From: Tubulanus polymorphus
Lineage: Eukaryota; Animalia; Nemertea
Reading direction: 5' to 3'
Assembly (NCBI RefSeq): GCF_964204645.1
Contig: NC_134029.1
Coordinates: forward strand, 15,618,950-15,682,949
DNA length: 64,000 nucleotides
Part shown: one piece after another, positions 1-11,225 of the stretch
Position numbering within the stretch: position 1 is the first letter of the stretch
How the letters are laid out: each line of letters begins with the position of its first letter
The notes under the pieces: generated by a model
The model's database searches: none
What the model was told of the DNA's origin: nothing
The model's input: only the letters and a program-made list of their open reading frames with translations
Made by a program: the position numbers and the translations under genes

Positions 1-548
1 AATTATTCCATATAAAATTTTGTGATTATCTAAGAGTTCATGAACAAGTGAATGATCGAATTCTTTTCCATCATCAAATTGTATTTTTTCTGGTTTTAGT
101 TTATCATCCGAAAGAAATTTTCTTAAAACATTTGATGTTTGTACAGCATCTTTTTTGTAAAGTGGGAAGCTCCATACATAACCACTAAAAATATCAATTA
201 TATTTAATATCCACCAATAATCATTATTATCTTTCTCAACATTTTTCTTATCAATTAAATCTCCTTGCCACTGTTGATCTACATAACTTACCATAGTTTT
301 ACGAGTTTTATATTTTCTAACAATTTTTTTATGCGTTGTATATGTTGGTTGTTCTAACATAAATTCATTTTATCTTTATATTTAACTAAACTTTGTGGGA
401 TTATCTTATCTAATTTATCTAATTTTACTTGACGCCATATGTTTTTTACAGAAGAATAAGCAACCGAACTCTCAGGATTATAATATAAATTTCTTAGATA
501 TTGTTCTCTAGTATTTCGAGTTTTTTTTACCCCCCCCCCCCCCCCCAT
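1..548 (-). pseudogene. Polinton-type retroviral-like (rve/DDE) integrase, N-terminal part, frameshifted
   Basis: Manual translation: LRNLYYNPESSVAYSS..., then from 360 MLEQPTYTTHKKIVRKYKTRKTMVSYVDQQWQGDLID...WILNIIDIFSGYVWSFPL...KPEKIQFDDGKEF, the WQxDL / IDxFS / DxGxEF motifs of Polinton integrases. Poly-C run at 529-546. Confidence 0.88.
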
Positions 549-579
549 TTATATATCGTTAATTTTAAACTTTATATTT

Positions 580-1858
580 CTAATATTGAATACTATCTAA
601 TTGAGAATTTTCAATATTTAATTGCGCGTCAGATATAATATAAACGTGCATTTTGAAATTTTTGATTCCTTTTTTCTTGTTCATGAATAATTGTATTCCA
701 TCTTTTGTATTTTGTAATTTGTTCCCAGAACCATGTAATGAATTATCCTCTGTTGTTCTAAAATCTAACCATAGTGCATATTTATTGCCGGTATAATAAT
801 CAATTTGATTCATATTACAATTTTCAGATGATTTTACGTTTTCATTCATAAAATGATTTCTAATTTCTGGCCACTGATCTATCATTCTCATTCCTTGACA
901 AAATATTTTATTCGCTATACCTTCAATAGTTATTTCTACCTTTGATATTTCAGGATTATAATAATTATCAACATTTATTGCACCATTAGAATATGTTGCA
1001 ATGGTAAAAAATATTAATATACCTTTAATAGATCTTCTTGGGAAGTTAATATTCTCATTAATTATTTCATCATTTGCATTAATAGTTACAGTTTTAAATT
1101 TATCAATATAATCATATAATAATGAAAATCCTTGATTGTATTGAGTTTGAATTATGCTTGAAATATTTTCATCAGTTACTGTATCATATTCTAAACATAT
1201 ATTCGATAATTTATATCCCATATCTTTAACAACGCTAGATAGCACAATTGCATCATCTTTAACAACGCTAGATAGCACAATTTCATTAACAGGAGCAAAT
1301 GTTATTTCGAATATAACATCTTCTTGAATTGCGTATTTATACAAAGGTGCATTATTATTTATCAATTCAAACTCTAATGGAATTTGATATTTGCTGCCAT
1401 AAATCTTTTTTATCAAATTACCTGTAGCATTAGTTACTACTGGATTATTAGCTTCTGATCTTAATTTATTTTGGTTTTCTGATTGGATGCCTTGAAATAT
1501 CATATTATTTCTATTTTCTTTTGTTAACCATAAATCTTTATAATGCATAAATAAATTATAACCATCTAATGAGAAAACTGTTTCTGGTCCAATCTTTATA
1601 GTTAATTTTTTAATCAAATATCCTCCAACATTATCAACAACATAATTGTTATCATGACCAGTTACTTTTATATCAGCAGATAAATAAATACTATTTGGAA
1701 CATAAAAAGTATTTTGATTTAATCTCGGGATTCAAACATATAAAGTTTCATCAGGATTAATATTAGAAGGATTATGAGTAATTATATGATAAGATCTCTC
1801 TGCTTTAATAGAATTAGATATTCTAGAATTCTTAGAAGGATTTATATAACTCCCACGT
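580..1858 (-). pseudogene. Probable major capsid protein (double jelly roll), copy 1
   Basis: 345-aa ORF 580..1617 extends upstream past a TGA near 1735 to match the start of 34600..35289. Motifs THNPSNINP, YKDLWLT, LSNICLEYD, LWLDFRT..DNSLHGSG; total ~420 aa next to the integrase. Capsid identity is by family recognition only. Confidence 0.72.
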
Positions 1859-1889
1859 ATTTATTTTAAAAAAGATTAATTATTTATTT

Positions 1890-2995
1890 GTTATCATATT
1901 CACTTACCCAAAAATAATAGCACTTACAACTGTAATTAAAAATAAAATAATATGTTCAGCAGTAAAGTTAAGAATATTCCCAGCAGATTTTAAAACAAAA
2001 CCAACAATTGACGCTATAACTCCGGGTAAAGCTGCAGCAGATTTTTTAGATAGTTCCCATAAATATTTTGCTAATTTTTTTAAACCATCTTTCACTTTAT
2101 CTTGTATATAATTATTATTTGGTGGTTTATCCGGTTTATTGGGTGTAGGAGTAGATTTTAATGAATTTCAAATAGTTAAACCAATTGTTGTAAATAACAT
2201 AGTTACAGCTGTTAGAATTGAAAGAATTGTTATACCTTCTAACTTAAATAATAATTTTATTCTTTTTTTTCAATGATATTTCAGAATTTGGTTTAATCAA
2301 CAAATCTTTAAAAATAACTTTTAATCTATTAAAATTATTTATAATCATACGATTTTTTTAATAATTTAATTTCTTCTTTCAAATTCTATGTTATATTCTA
2401 AATCATTTTTCTTTTTCTAAATATGCATTTCTTTTTTAAAAATCCAATTTCTTCAATAACTTTATTATCTCTATCTAATTTCAATTGTTCTATTTTATCA
2501 GTTCTATCTTTTTCTAAAGTTCTAATTTTAAAATTTCATACTTTTATCATGCGCAAATTTATCAGCTTCATTTCTTATACTAATAATTTCTCTAATTGCT
2601 TTATCAGAAAATATATTTAAATCTTCCAATTCTTGATCTGTTGCATCTAGTTACCCATTTGGTAAAAGTTTTTCAGTTTGAACTTCGGTTGATTTAAGTT
2701 TACTAGTTTTGGAATTAATAACTTCTTTAGGAATTGTTTCTGGTTCTGGATTTTCATTAATTATCTTCAAAAAATCATCATTTCTTCGATTAAATTCTCT
2801 TCTATTTTGATTTATCTCTTGCTCTGTAACGTCAATTATAACATCATTTTTGATTTTCTTAATTCTAGGTTGTTCTCATTTAATTAAAGTTTTGTTATTA
2901 TTTTATCGAGACTTTTATTAGAAGATATCTTAAAATAATATTCATCTTTCAAATGCCAATAATAATCACTATTCGAATATTTCAAATCTTTTACA
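1890..2995 (-). pseudogene. Polinton accessory protein, coiled coil with hydrophobic C-terminus, copy 1
   Basis: ORF 1904..2095 (SAAALPGVIASIVGFVLKSAG...IILFLITVVSAIIFG) plus upstream K/E-rich broken frames; homologous to about 33440-34579. Confidence 0.7.
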
Positions 2996-2997
2996 AA

Positions 2998-3308
2998 ATA
3001 GCTTCATGTTTCGTCTGCAATTTTCTGCAAATAGTTACGCAACTACGCACATTTCAATGTTTTTGGCAGCTGTACACTTAATCGGCACCGTTCGTGACTA
3101 GCTTCACTGCGGAGTTATCATTAATTAACATCGCCATATCACATCATCAACTTATATTGTGCCTTAAAACCCTTACAGCCGAAATAATTGAAATCCACAC
3201 ACGATTTCTATCATTGAAAATTGAGAGAGTAGCCATGTTTGTATTTTGCTGCTTCTCTTAAATCCCGCGCGGTGGCGCAACCGCGCGGAGTTGGGCCGAT
3301 ACGTCTAG
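2998..3308 (+). mobile_element. Foreign insertion in Polinton copy 1, possibly a Helitron-like 3' end
   Basis: Higher-GC segment absent from copy 2, replacing ~0.8 kb; ends in hairpin CCGCGCGG-TGGCGCAA-CCGCGCGG then CTAG, although this CTAG also matches the Polinton sequence. Confidence 0.4.
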
Positions 3309-3918
3309 AATACATATCAAATAAGTTCTAATTGATTGATTTATTCTTTGTATACCAGCTTTAGTAAATCCTTCACTATTATCTAAAATAAAATAAACCC
3401 AACTATTAATGTTTTCTTGTTTTAAATTATCATAGAATTTCGGTAATTGATTGAAATTTGATTTTTCTAAATCCTTAGTTTCTATTTTACCATAACCTAA
3501 TTTATTATTATAGATATTATAAAACTGTTAGATGGTATGGGAAGTGTACAATATGCTGCAACATTTTTAGGGCAAGGAAGTGATCTTATTGTACCAATTT
3601 TTGTTCTAAAATCAGAATGATTTATATCTATATTAAATTCATTACAAATTTTATAAAACTTTGATAAAAAAATATTATTATCTAATTCTTTAAAATATCT
3701 AGATCCTGGCAAAGGAGTCTCTAATTCATTTAATATTAATCTTATTTGAAAATAGGTATGGAATCTAAATAAACTTTGAATTAATTTATATTTAGAATTA
3801 TTCAAATGATCATTCCAAGTTATCCACATCCTGTTGTAGCACAATAAACAGCAAAATTTAATTGGTTCTGCCAATACTTCATATTAGATTTTAATAACCA
3901 TTGTTTTTCATCTTTCAT
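3309..3918 (-). pseudogene. Polinton protein of unknown function (WQNQLNFAVYCATTGCG family), copy 1, frameshifted
   Basis: ORF 3497..3874 matches the middle of the 287-aa ORF 32059..32922. Confidence 0.75.
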
Positions 3919-4149
3919 TTTTTTTTAATCAATTTCATATACATGAAATATATTTTCCATCTTTGCATTAGAATTATTAGTTTCAGTAACATTAATATCT
4001 AAATTTATTGATGAATTCAAAACTTCATTTCTATATGAAATATCTTTATCAAAATTGCTGGAATATTATATTTAATTGATTTATTATAAAGCTTTTGGAA
4101 AACTATCTACCATTTATATAATAAAAGAATTAAAAATTGAGTAATATCT

Positions 4150-4563
4150 TCATAATTTATCTTGTTGTTCAACTGTTATATTACCATTTAAACTTATTAT
4201 ATAATCTAATGTATTTTTTAATTTATTAATTTCTTTTATATTAGATTTTATTTTTTCTTTATAACTTTTTATATTTAATTTTGAACTTATGCCGGTTAAT
4301 ACACTTGAACTTAAACCTAAAGCTCGAATTGAGATAGCTAAAGGTGTTAATGTTGAGAATAATGCTAGCAATTTTATTACAGAATTCATTGTAACTGAAC
4401 CACTAATAATAAAATAATATATAATTTTAGATTTTAAATATTTTTTCTTTTTTATCTTTAAGTCATTTTCAAATTCTAATATTTGTTTTTCCAAATATAA
4501 TTTTAATTTAGTTTTATTTATATCATGAGGAATAATATCAATATTATCAACTTTATCAACCAT
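4150..4563 (-). CDS. Two-TM small membrane protein with flanking coiled coils, copy 1
   Basis: Intact 137-aa ORF with hydrophobic hairpin YYFIISGSVT...LALFSTLTPLAISIRALGLSSSVLTGIS; near-identical to 31405..31818. Confidence 0.75.
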   Translation of the reverse strand: MVDKVDNIDIIPHDINKTKLKLYLEKQILEFENDLKIKKKKYLKSKIIYYFIISGSVTMNSVIKLLALFSTLTPLAISIRALGLSSSVLTGISSKLNIKSYKEKIKSNIKEINKLKNTLDYIISLNGNITVEQQDKL

Positions 4564-4584
4564 TCATTTAGAAAAGAAATTACT

Positions 4585-5003
4585 AATTAGTAAATTTATG
4601 ACAGCAAATAATACAATAACTGTTCCACCTAAAATCCAAATTATTTCATCATTTCTTCTGTTCACTACTTGGTGTATAATAATCTGATAATTTAGGTTTA
4701 TATAGATGTATTTTTTCACGATTTGTGACTGCGTTATATAAACTCATAGCTTCATCGACTGATTGCAAATCTCTGTGTAATTTTCTGTTTATATAATTCT
4801 TTATTGATGTGACCCATATAGTTTTGCCTCTTTTCTCTATATTCTTCTGCAGCTTTATTGTATTTCTCTTATGCTAAGTTATGTCTTCTTTGTTCTCCTA
4901 ATGAACTATTGTTATCAATATGTTTTAATTAATAACCACCACCTGTAAATGCCAAAGCGTTAACAATTGCCGATCCTATAAAAGTTATAACTGCAGAAGC
5001 CAT
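4585..5003 (-). pseudogene. Small Polinton protein, N-terminal hydrophobic helix and C-terminal TM, copy 1
   Basis: MASAVITFIGSAIVNALAFTGGGY*LKHID...EQRRHNLA...EIIWILGGTVIVLFAV; homologous to 30962-31380. Confidence 0.7.
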
Positions 5004-5027
5004 TTATTTAGTAAAAAAATTATACAT

Positions 5028-5249
5028 TTATATAGGAGGAATATATTTTTGTTTTTCTAAATAATCAATTGTTAAATTAGATAAAGTTACTGCTAATGTT
5101 AATTTTAGAATATCATTGATATCAAATCTATCAACATTAACACTTCCCATTTTAAATACTTTTTTTAATACCATTGAATGACCACCAGTTCCAACTGATA
5201 GTTAGGCACCATTATATAATCCAATTATTATCCACTTATTATCACTCAT
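5028..5249 (-). pseudogene. Small amphipathic/TM Polinton protein, copy 1
   Basis: MSDNKWIIIGLYNGA*LSVGTG...DILKLTLAVTLSNLTIDYLEKQKYIPPI; homologous to 30743-30937. Confidence 0.7.
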
Positions 5250-6198
5250 TTATTAATAAAAAAAAATTAGGTAAAATTTCTAGTAAATTTGAAACAGAAT
5301 TTAATGAAAGAAAAAATAAAATATTAGAAAAAATAAAATATGAGAAAACGTTACCAGATAATGAAGAAACACTTGAAAAGTTAGAAAAACAATATAATGA
5401 ATTAGCAAGAAAAATATATTATTGTAATAATTGTAAATTGATTATTACAAGTAATTCAAATTTACATAATAGAACAATAAAACATTAAGAAAACGTATGT
5501 AAATACAAAGAACTTAATGAAGATCTATTACCAAGAAATGATAGAAAAAAATGCCCACAATGTATGAGTACTTAAGACAAGAAATTTCTGTGATATTTTG
5601 TAATGAATGTGGATGGCCAAGAAATTTATGGGGTGATGAAAAAATTAGAGATATTCTTATAGAACCAAAATTAAAATATCTAGATGAAATTTTTAAGATA
5701 TTTTCTATGGAAGATGATACACCAGAATATAAGCAATGGCTTGGAAAAATGAAACTGATAAAAAATAAAAATGGTGAAATAACTGAGAAAGATATAATAA
5801 AAACAATTATTCCATCAACATTTAACACAAAAGAAAAGAAAATGTATTTATATTTATTATTTAACGATTATTATAAAAAACCTAAATTAACAAAAGAAGA
5901 TATGGAAAATATTAAAGAAACATTCACAAACATATTGAAATATTATGTGGATAATAAAATAACAGATTCAATTAATTATGAATTCTGTTTAAATCAGATT
6001 GTAAATTTTTAAAACATCGATATTATAAATCCATTTGATGAATTAACGAACAAAAATAAACTAAAGAGAGCTAGATGAAATGTGGAATAATATAGAACTT
6101 TATTTAAATGAGAAAAATGAAATGGAAGAACCTAAACAATTAAATAAAAATGAAGAAACCAGTAGTGATTTCGAGTTTGATGATCTTGATTTTATGTT
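5250..6198 (+). pseudogene. Polinton ORF with Zn-finger-like motifs, convergent with PolB
   Basis: ORFs 5174..5488 (CNNC...HNRTIKH) and 5551..6012 (CNEC), acidic tail; the 3' part recurs inverted at 14990-15218. Confidence 0.55.
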
Positions 6199-7596
6199 TT
6201 AATGGCCATAAGGTAATGTTTTTATTCCATCATCCAAAATATATCTCTTATCGTCGAATGGATTTAAACTATTTTTTTCAACTTCATTAATGTACATCTC
6301 GTGATCTTCTGATCTTAAACAATTCATTTTGTGTTTCATTACAATTGAGTTGTATAAACACTTAATATAATCTTGAAATTCTATATGTTTGTCAACCACA
6401 TGCTTTGTGATTCCTTTTAACTTTTTAGCTTCATGATCTTTTCTATAACTATACATTTTACTTCTTATCCCAACAAATTCAATCATTTCATCACCCCCTA
6501 ATTCATCTTTAAATTTACCCGGCTGCTTTTTATTATCATTGCTAAATAATTCATGATCTTTTGGATAATTGCTAAAATCAAAATGATGTTTTAATGTTTT
6601 TAAGTCTTTTGTTATGTCATTTGTCTTGATTTTTAGTATGTACAAATCGGTATTTTTTGGATTCATGGGAACCCAGAATTGAATGTTCCATCTTCAGTTG
6701 ATAAATCATAAACATAATCTGTTGGGTTATATATTTCAAATAAATCTCTAACTTCTTCAGTTAAATCTTTTTCTGTATGCCTAAAATTAAAACAATTTGG
6801 TTTAGATTTAATTAATTCAATATTCATATTAAATCCTAATAAATTACATAGTATATTTAGCCCACTTATTGCACATTTTCCTTTTTGCGCAAATGTTATT
6901 ACTGGAGAACTCGTAAATTTGTTAGTACCATCTGCTGCGTAGAATCCAATGAAGAACCATTATCTAAGATTATATTCTGCATTTAATACATAATCTGGTA
7001 CTATATTTTCTTTGGTTGAAGTATTACTTTTCACTATTGCATGAATATAGAATTCATCATTATATTTTATAGCAAAATCTTTAGGATTATTCACATGTAT
7101 TCTTTAACATTGTGATGATTTCATAACATCTATGGTTTTAAAAACTTTGTGCGAATAAACTTCTTCACAGTATTTCTTTATTCTTTCTAATAATTTCAAA
7201 TCTTGATTGCATAAATACCAACAATATTCATTACCCCAAACATAATTATACTCACCTGCTGAACCATCTCCCATAAAAAATCCACTGATAAAATATTCTT
7301 TTTCTTCTAATGTTTCGGGTTCTATGTTATAAATATTATCAATTATTTCATCAAATGACATATGATTCATTCTTTGGAAAAATCTTTTATGTAATAATTC
7401 ATGTAATAATACAATTTTTATGTCAGTTGGTTTTATTTCATCGCCATTTCGTTTAATTAAACTATGATCTTCTGTAACATCTACAAACCCTAATTTAGTT
7501 CTAACTCCATAGATTTTCTTATTTGTTTTATGCCTAATACTATTCTTTAATTTTTTCCATCCATTTCTTGTCCAAACATCCATTAATCCATTTATT
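6199..7596 (-). pseudogene. Protein-primed DNA polymerase B C-terminus with intein, copy 1
   Basis: C-extein TDLYILK...FDFSNYPKDH...PGKFKDELGG...FVGIRSKMYSY...KKLKGI...SLNPFDDKRYILDDGIKTLPYGH is a typical Polinton pPolB C-terminus; intein sequence lies immediately upstream. Confidence 0.92.
6652..7596 (-). other. Intein with LAGLIDADG homing endonuclease, copy 1; N-terminal ~40 aa lost
   Basis: VWTRNGWKK...RHKTNKKIY...GFVDVTEDHSL (HINT block B, TxxH); YFISGFFMGDGS and WFFIGFYAADG (LAGLIDADG motifs); DYVYDLSTEDGTFNSG (block F); ends KN followed by TD. Confidence 0.9.
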
Positions 7597-9678
7597 AGGG
7601 TTTTCTGTTACATCACAGAAAACCCTATTGAGATTCGCGTGTTTCTTATTATTATTATTTTATGTCACACTATTTTCACTAAAAGAACTAAAACTTTGTT
7701 ACCTTGCCGCTGTTTTCGATACAATCCGTATGATATCGTTCAGCTCACTGAGATCTTCAAATACATCGCGTGTTTTTTCACGAATCATCGTTACAAAAGC
7801 ACTGTCGGGCCGTAAACATCGAAAATTTAGCCCCATTCAATGGGGCGACATGTTTTTCGAGTCGTCATCCCGAAATCAACCCGCTGGCCGATTGTCACTT
7901 CGATTATCAATTCAAGTATAAATGAATGAATTTATTGCCGCAGACTTCACATTCAGCCGCGGTCTTCAAACAGTAATTTAACAATAGCCCATTTTCCTCA
8001 TCAAATCATATTACCGATACGCAGGAAATTTACTACTTTAGATTTAAAAGCACTGTCGAGCCGTAAACATCGACGAATCGACGTGTGCCACTATATCGTC
8101 GTTCCGGGGATCAGCTGCGAGTTTCTCCTCATCATGAGAATCAAATCGAGTACAAATTAATTTATTACTACCAGTGATTTGGCTGCGGGTTTCAAGGAGT
8201 TAGTTTAACAATTTACTAAGATAAATCTTTAGTGTACAGGGGAGTCGTAGGCCTAAACTAAACACGCCGAAGAGATATAGCGGAGAAAAGCTATTGTGTC
8301 GACGAGGTATCAAAATAAATGAATATATTACTTTATTCGGCCGCGGGCTTCAACCTCTATAACAATACCATCAATACTCTATATTTCCTACAGTACATAC
8401 CGATCATTGTCAAATGCACAATGTATTAAACAAATACAAATATATAACACACTCCTATCCGTATGCTGGACTCACACTTGACATTCAGAGTAAGCGTTCG
8501 CTGTGGGGGAAAGGAGATCGTTTGCTGTGTCGCTTGAAGTGTTTATCGAGTTTTACGCGACCTTAAGGCTTTAGGCCTACCGGTACTGACCTTTACTGTC
8601 TCAAACATACACAGTATAATTGTTGCGTTTATTAACGGACTCATTGGATTGAACAACAAAACAAAATTTATGCCGGGTTGTTATTCAATAGGCCTACGAC
8701 CAATCTGTCCGGATGTTAGGACTACGCATATACATGGGCCTACATAGGCTAGTAGCCTCTACTAGGTTAATGCTAAGTTCACTGTAAAGAAGGAATCAGA
8801 TTTATTAAAATGCATGTTAATTAGTGATTAACTGGTTCTGATTTCCAACGATCAATCACAATTATCAATTTTATTGCCAAAAATGAAGTTTTTTTTTTGA
8901 AAATGTCGTCTGAGCAGACAGCTTTATAAGCCAGACTTTTCATTTGAGTTTTTTCATCATAAATGATACTGGTATTTCATTAATTCCTAATGACTCAAGC
9001 CGGGCATAGGTCGGCCTTGCGACAGCTTGTGACTCACTGCGATGCCATTCACTGCGATGATTGTGTCGCAACGACTCATCGACCTATGCTCCCTTGCGAC
9101 AGGTTGCGCCTGTCAGCAACGCCAGTCACAAGGAGTCGCACGTGTTCTACTTTCTGCGACGCGACACGACTGTCACATCGTATCGCAACCGACTTGTACC
9201 GAAACTTGCGATGCAACGCGAGGATCACATCGTGTCACAAGGCTGACCTACGTCCGGCTTTAAGTTACTGCGTAGCCCCAGAAATATCTTTTTTTTGTTC
9301 AAAAGACCTTTCACAAGGTTTTTCGTTCCAACAATCGTTCGATCGAACAGAATCGTTTTAATTTTAACAGAATTTTCTTGTCAGAACATTAAGGTTTTCG
9401 TTCGAACAAGTAAATTGTAAAAAGTTTTTTCTCCGAACCAAAAGTATTAAGTATTTCGTTCAATCGAACAGAATTGTTTTCATTCAAACATTCGTTCGAA
9501 AAAAATTGTTTTCGCTCAACCAAATTTTTTGCCTGGACAACAAGTTTTTCATTTCAACAATAACATAGCTTTTTATTCGAACACATTTTTTGTCTGAATG
9601 AAGAAAAGTTGTGGTTCAAACAAAAAGCGTATTGTTCGATCAAACAGAGTTGTTTTCATTCGAACAAGATTTTCTATA
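7594..9678 (+). mobile_element. Non-autonomous Helentron-type (HINE/DINE-like) element, family A, 3'-truncated
   Basis: 5' end TTAGGGTTTTCTG-N-CAGAAAACCCTA hairpin then an (ATT)n tract; body repeated at 20165-24395, 24396-25352 and partly 54945-56170, where the end CAGAAAACC...GCTGCTTTGCAG is visible. Confidence 0.7.
8997..9259. mobile_element. MITE, PIF/Harbinger-like, carried inside HINE family A
   Basis: ~26-bp imperfect TIRs AGCCGGGCATAGGTCGGCCTTGCGAC / GTCACAAGGCTGACCTACGTCCGGCT with TWA-like flanks; same MITE at the same site at 23127-23440; partial related copy at 10015-10206. Confidence 0.75.
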
Positions 9679-9679
9679 A

Positions 9680-9990
9680 TCTTTAATATTTTCACCTTTT
9701 GTCTCTGGTAATTGCATTAATTCGAATACATTTATTTTTGAATTATTAACTTTTTCTATTTTAGGAATCATTTGTATAGTTACCGGATATTGATAAATTT
9801 TATATAATGTTTCACATTCCCGGTAATTTGTTATTCTAAATCTATGCGTAATATCTTCTGTTGGGTGTAAGCAACTAATAATTGACCATAGAAAACATTT
9901 ATTATCTTAATTTTGAACATTTATTACTGCTTTTGTTGTAAATGGTAATTTGATATAACTTGTTGCTTTAATATCCTTTTATGTTGTAAT
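9680..9990 (-). pseudogene. pPolB N-terminal fragment (vOTU-like region) of Polinton copy 1
   Basis: Manual translation: ATSYIKLPFTTKAVINVQN*DNKCFLWSIISCLHP...YPVTIQMIPKIEKVNNSKINVF, the SYxxLP...INxxNxDxxCFxWS motif of Polinton pPolB N-termini; same strand as the PolB at 6199-7596. Confidence 0.8.
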
Positions 9991-10014
9991 GTTTGAATCA
10001 TTTTTAAACATTTT

Positions 10015-10206
10015 CCACACCAGTCGCAATGGGTCGACAATGTTCTACTTTGTGCAACACGACGCGACCGTCGCAACCCACCTCTGCGCTCTTGCGACTG
10101 GGAGCAACTAGTTGCACACAGTCGCTGACAACCGCATCGCAACCGACTTGCGCGGCGACGCAACGCGACGATCGCGTCGCGTCACAAGGCCGAACTATGC
10201 CCGGCT
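10015..10206. mobile_element. Partial MITE related to 8997-9259
   Basis: Ends GTCACAAGGCCGAACTATGCCCGGCT-TAA; same GCGAC-rich interior. Confidence 0.65.
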
Positions 10207-10894
10207 TAAGGGGGGCAATAATAATCTTACTTGTATTACAACTACTAGCTTAGTTTGCTATTTATACCAAATGGTTTTTCTATGGTCTTTCTATAGGAGT
10301 CATTTTTTCAATGCCCATGATTGATAGATTGTATACAGAATGATTTAGAGTGTTGAAATGTTATGAGATTGGGTCATCAGTTTTGCGACGTATTAAGGAC
10401 AAATTGAGTAATTGTCGTTGGTATAGTGAATCCCCCGTCTCCCCCACATAGATAAATTTATCACGTTTATTACAAAAAATTGCATATACTACATTTTGTG
10501 ACTTACAGTTGATAAAGTTACGGACATAATACGAGGAACCTTCATAGTTGATTAATCTATCTGAATTTCACATATAAGGACATATCGCACACTTTTTCCA
10601 CACGGTTCACATCTATTTGGTTTTTTGAAAAACATATGGTTGCGTTTCTTGTCTACTAGAATATTACTTAATGAAGTATCTCTTCAGTACGCTACGATAG
10701 GTGGTTCTTTGAATAATGTTGAGCCTTTCAGACTTTTGTAGGGTTTCATGTCCTTTCTTCAGAATTTTGTGTAACTCAGCCGTTGAATATGTCAGAGTTA
10801 GGGGTACTCGAGTTGTATTTTTTCTACGCTTTTATAATTCAATAAACTATTACGATTAATGGTCTCTGCCTTATTTATTTGCTTTTCTATTAGG

Positions 10895-11225
10895 TTCCCT
10901 TGAGGTTCGATAAGTAGTCAGCTCTTTTTTTCTTTTTACGAAAGTGTGGTTTTCCGAACAAATACGTCTTAAACGGATTCCTAGACCATATGGTATGGCT
11001 TTTTTGGTAGTGTCACGGTGACATGAGGAATAGTCCAAATAAAGATGTTTATCAGTTTCCTGGGGTAGCCCCTTGAGGTTCGATAAGTAGTCAGCTCTTT
11101 TTTTCTTTTTACGAAAGTGTGGTTTTCCGAACAAATACGTCTTAACGGATTCCTAGACCATATGGTATGGCTTTTTTGGTAGTTTCTGGGCGACATGAGG
11201 AATAGTCCAAATAAAGATGTTTATC
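10895..11225. repeat. Tandem duplication (~175 bp) in the Penelope RT thumb region
   Basis: CCTTGAGGTTCGATAAGTAGTCAGCTC...GACATGAGGAATAGTCCAAATAAAGATGTTTATC occurs at 10898-11053 and 11072-11225. Confidence 0.9.

Larger units (their letters stand above)
1..7596 (-). mobile_element. Endogenous Polinton/Maverick (adintovirus-like) element, copy 1; decayed and running off the window start
   Basis: Compact, intronless, very AT-rich cluster with rve integrase, capsid-like ORF, small TM ORFs and a pPolB C-terminus; many stops and frameshifts; colinear (inverted) with 13500-15218 and 30743-35873. Confidence 0.88.

Noticed and set aside
580-7596. Alternative genetic code explaining in-frame stops
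   Set aside because: Most stops are private to one copy and come with frameshifts; only one TAA is shared, reported separately.
8990-10324. Cys/Arg-rich ORFs here and at 23147-23560
   Set aside because: They fall in GC-rich MITE interiors with no protein motifs.
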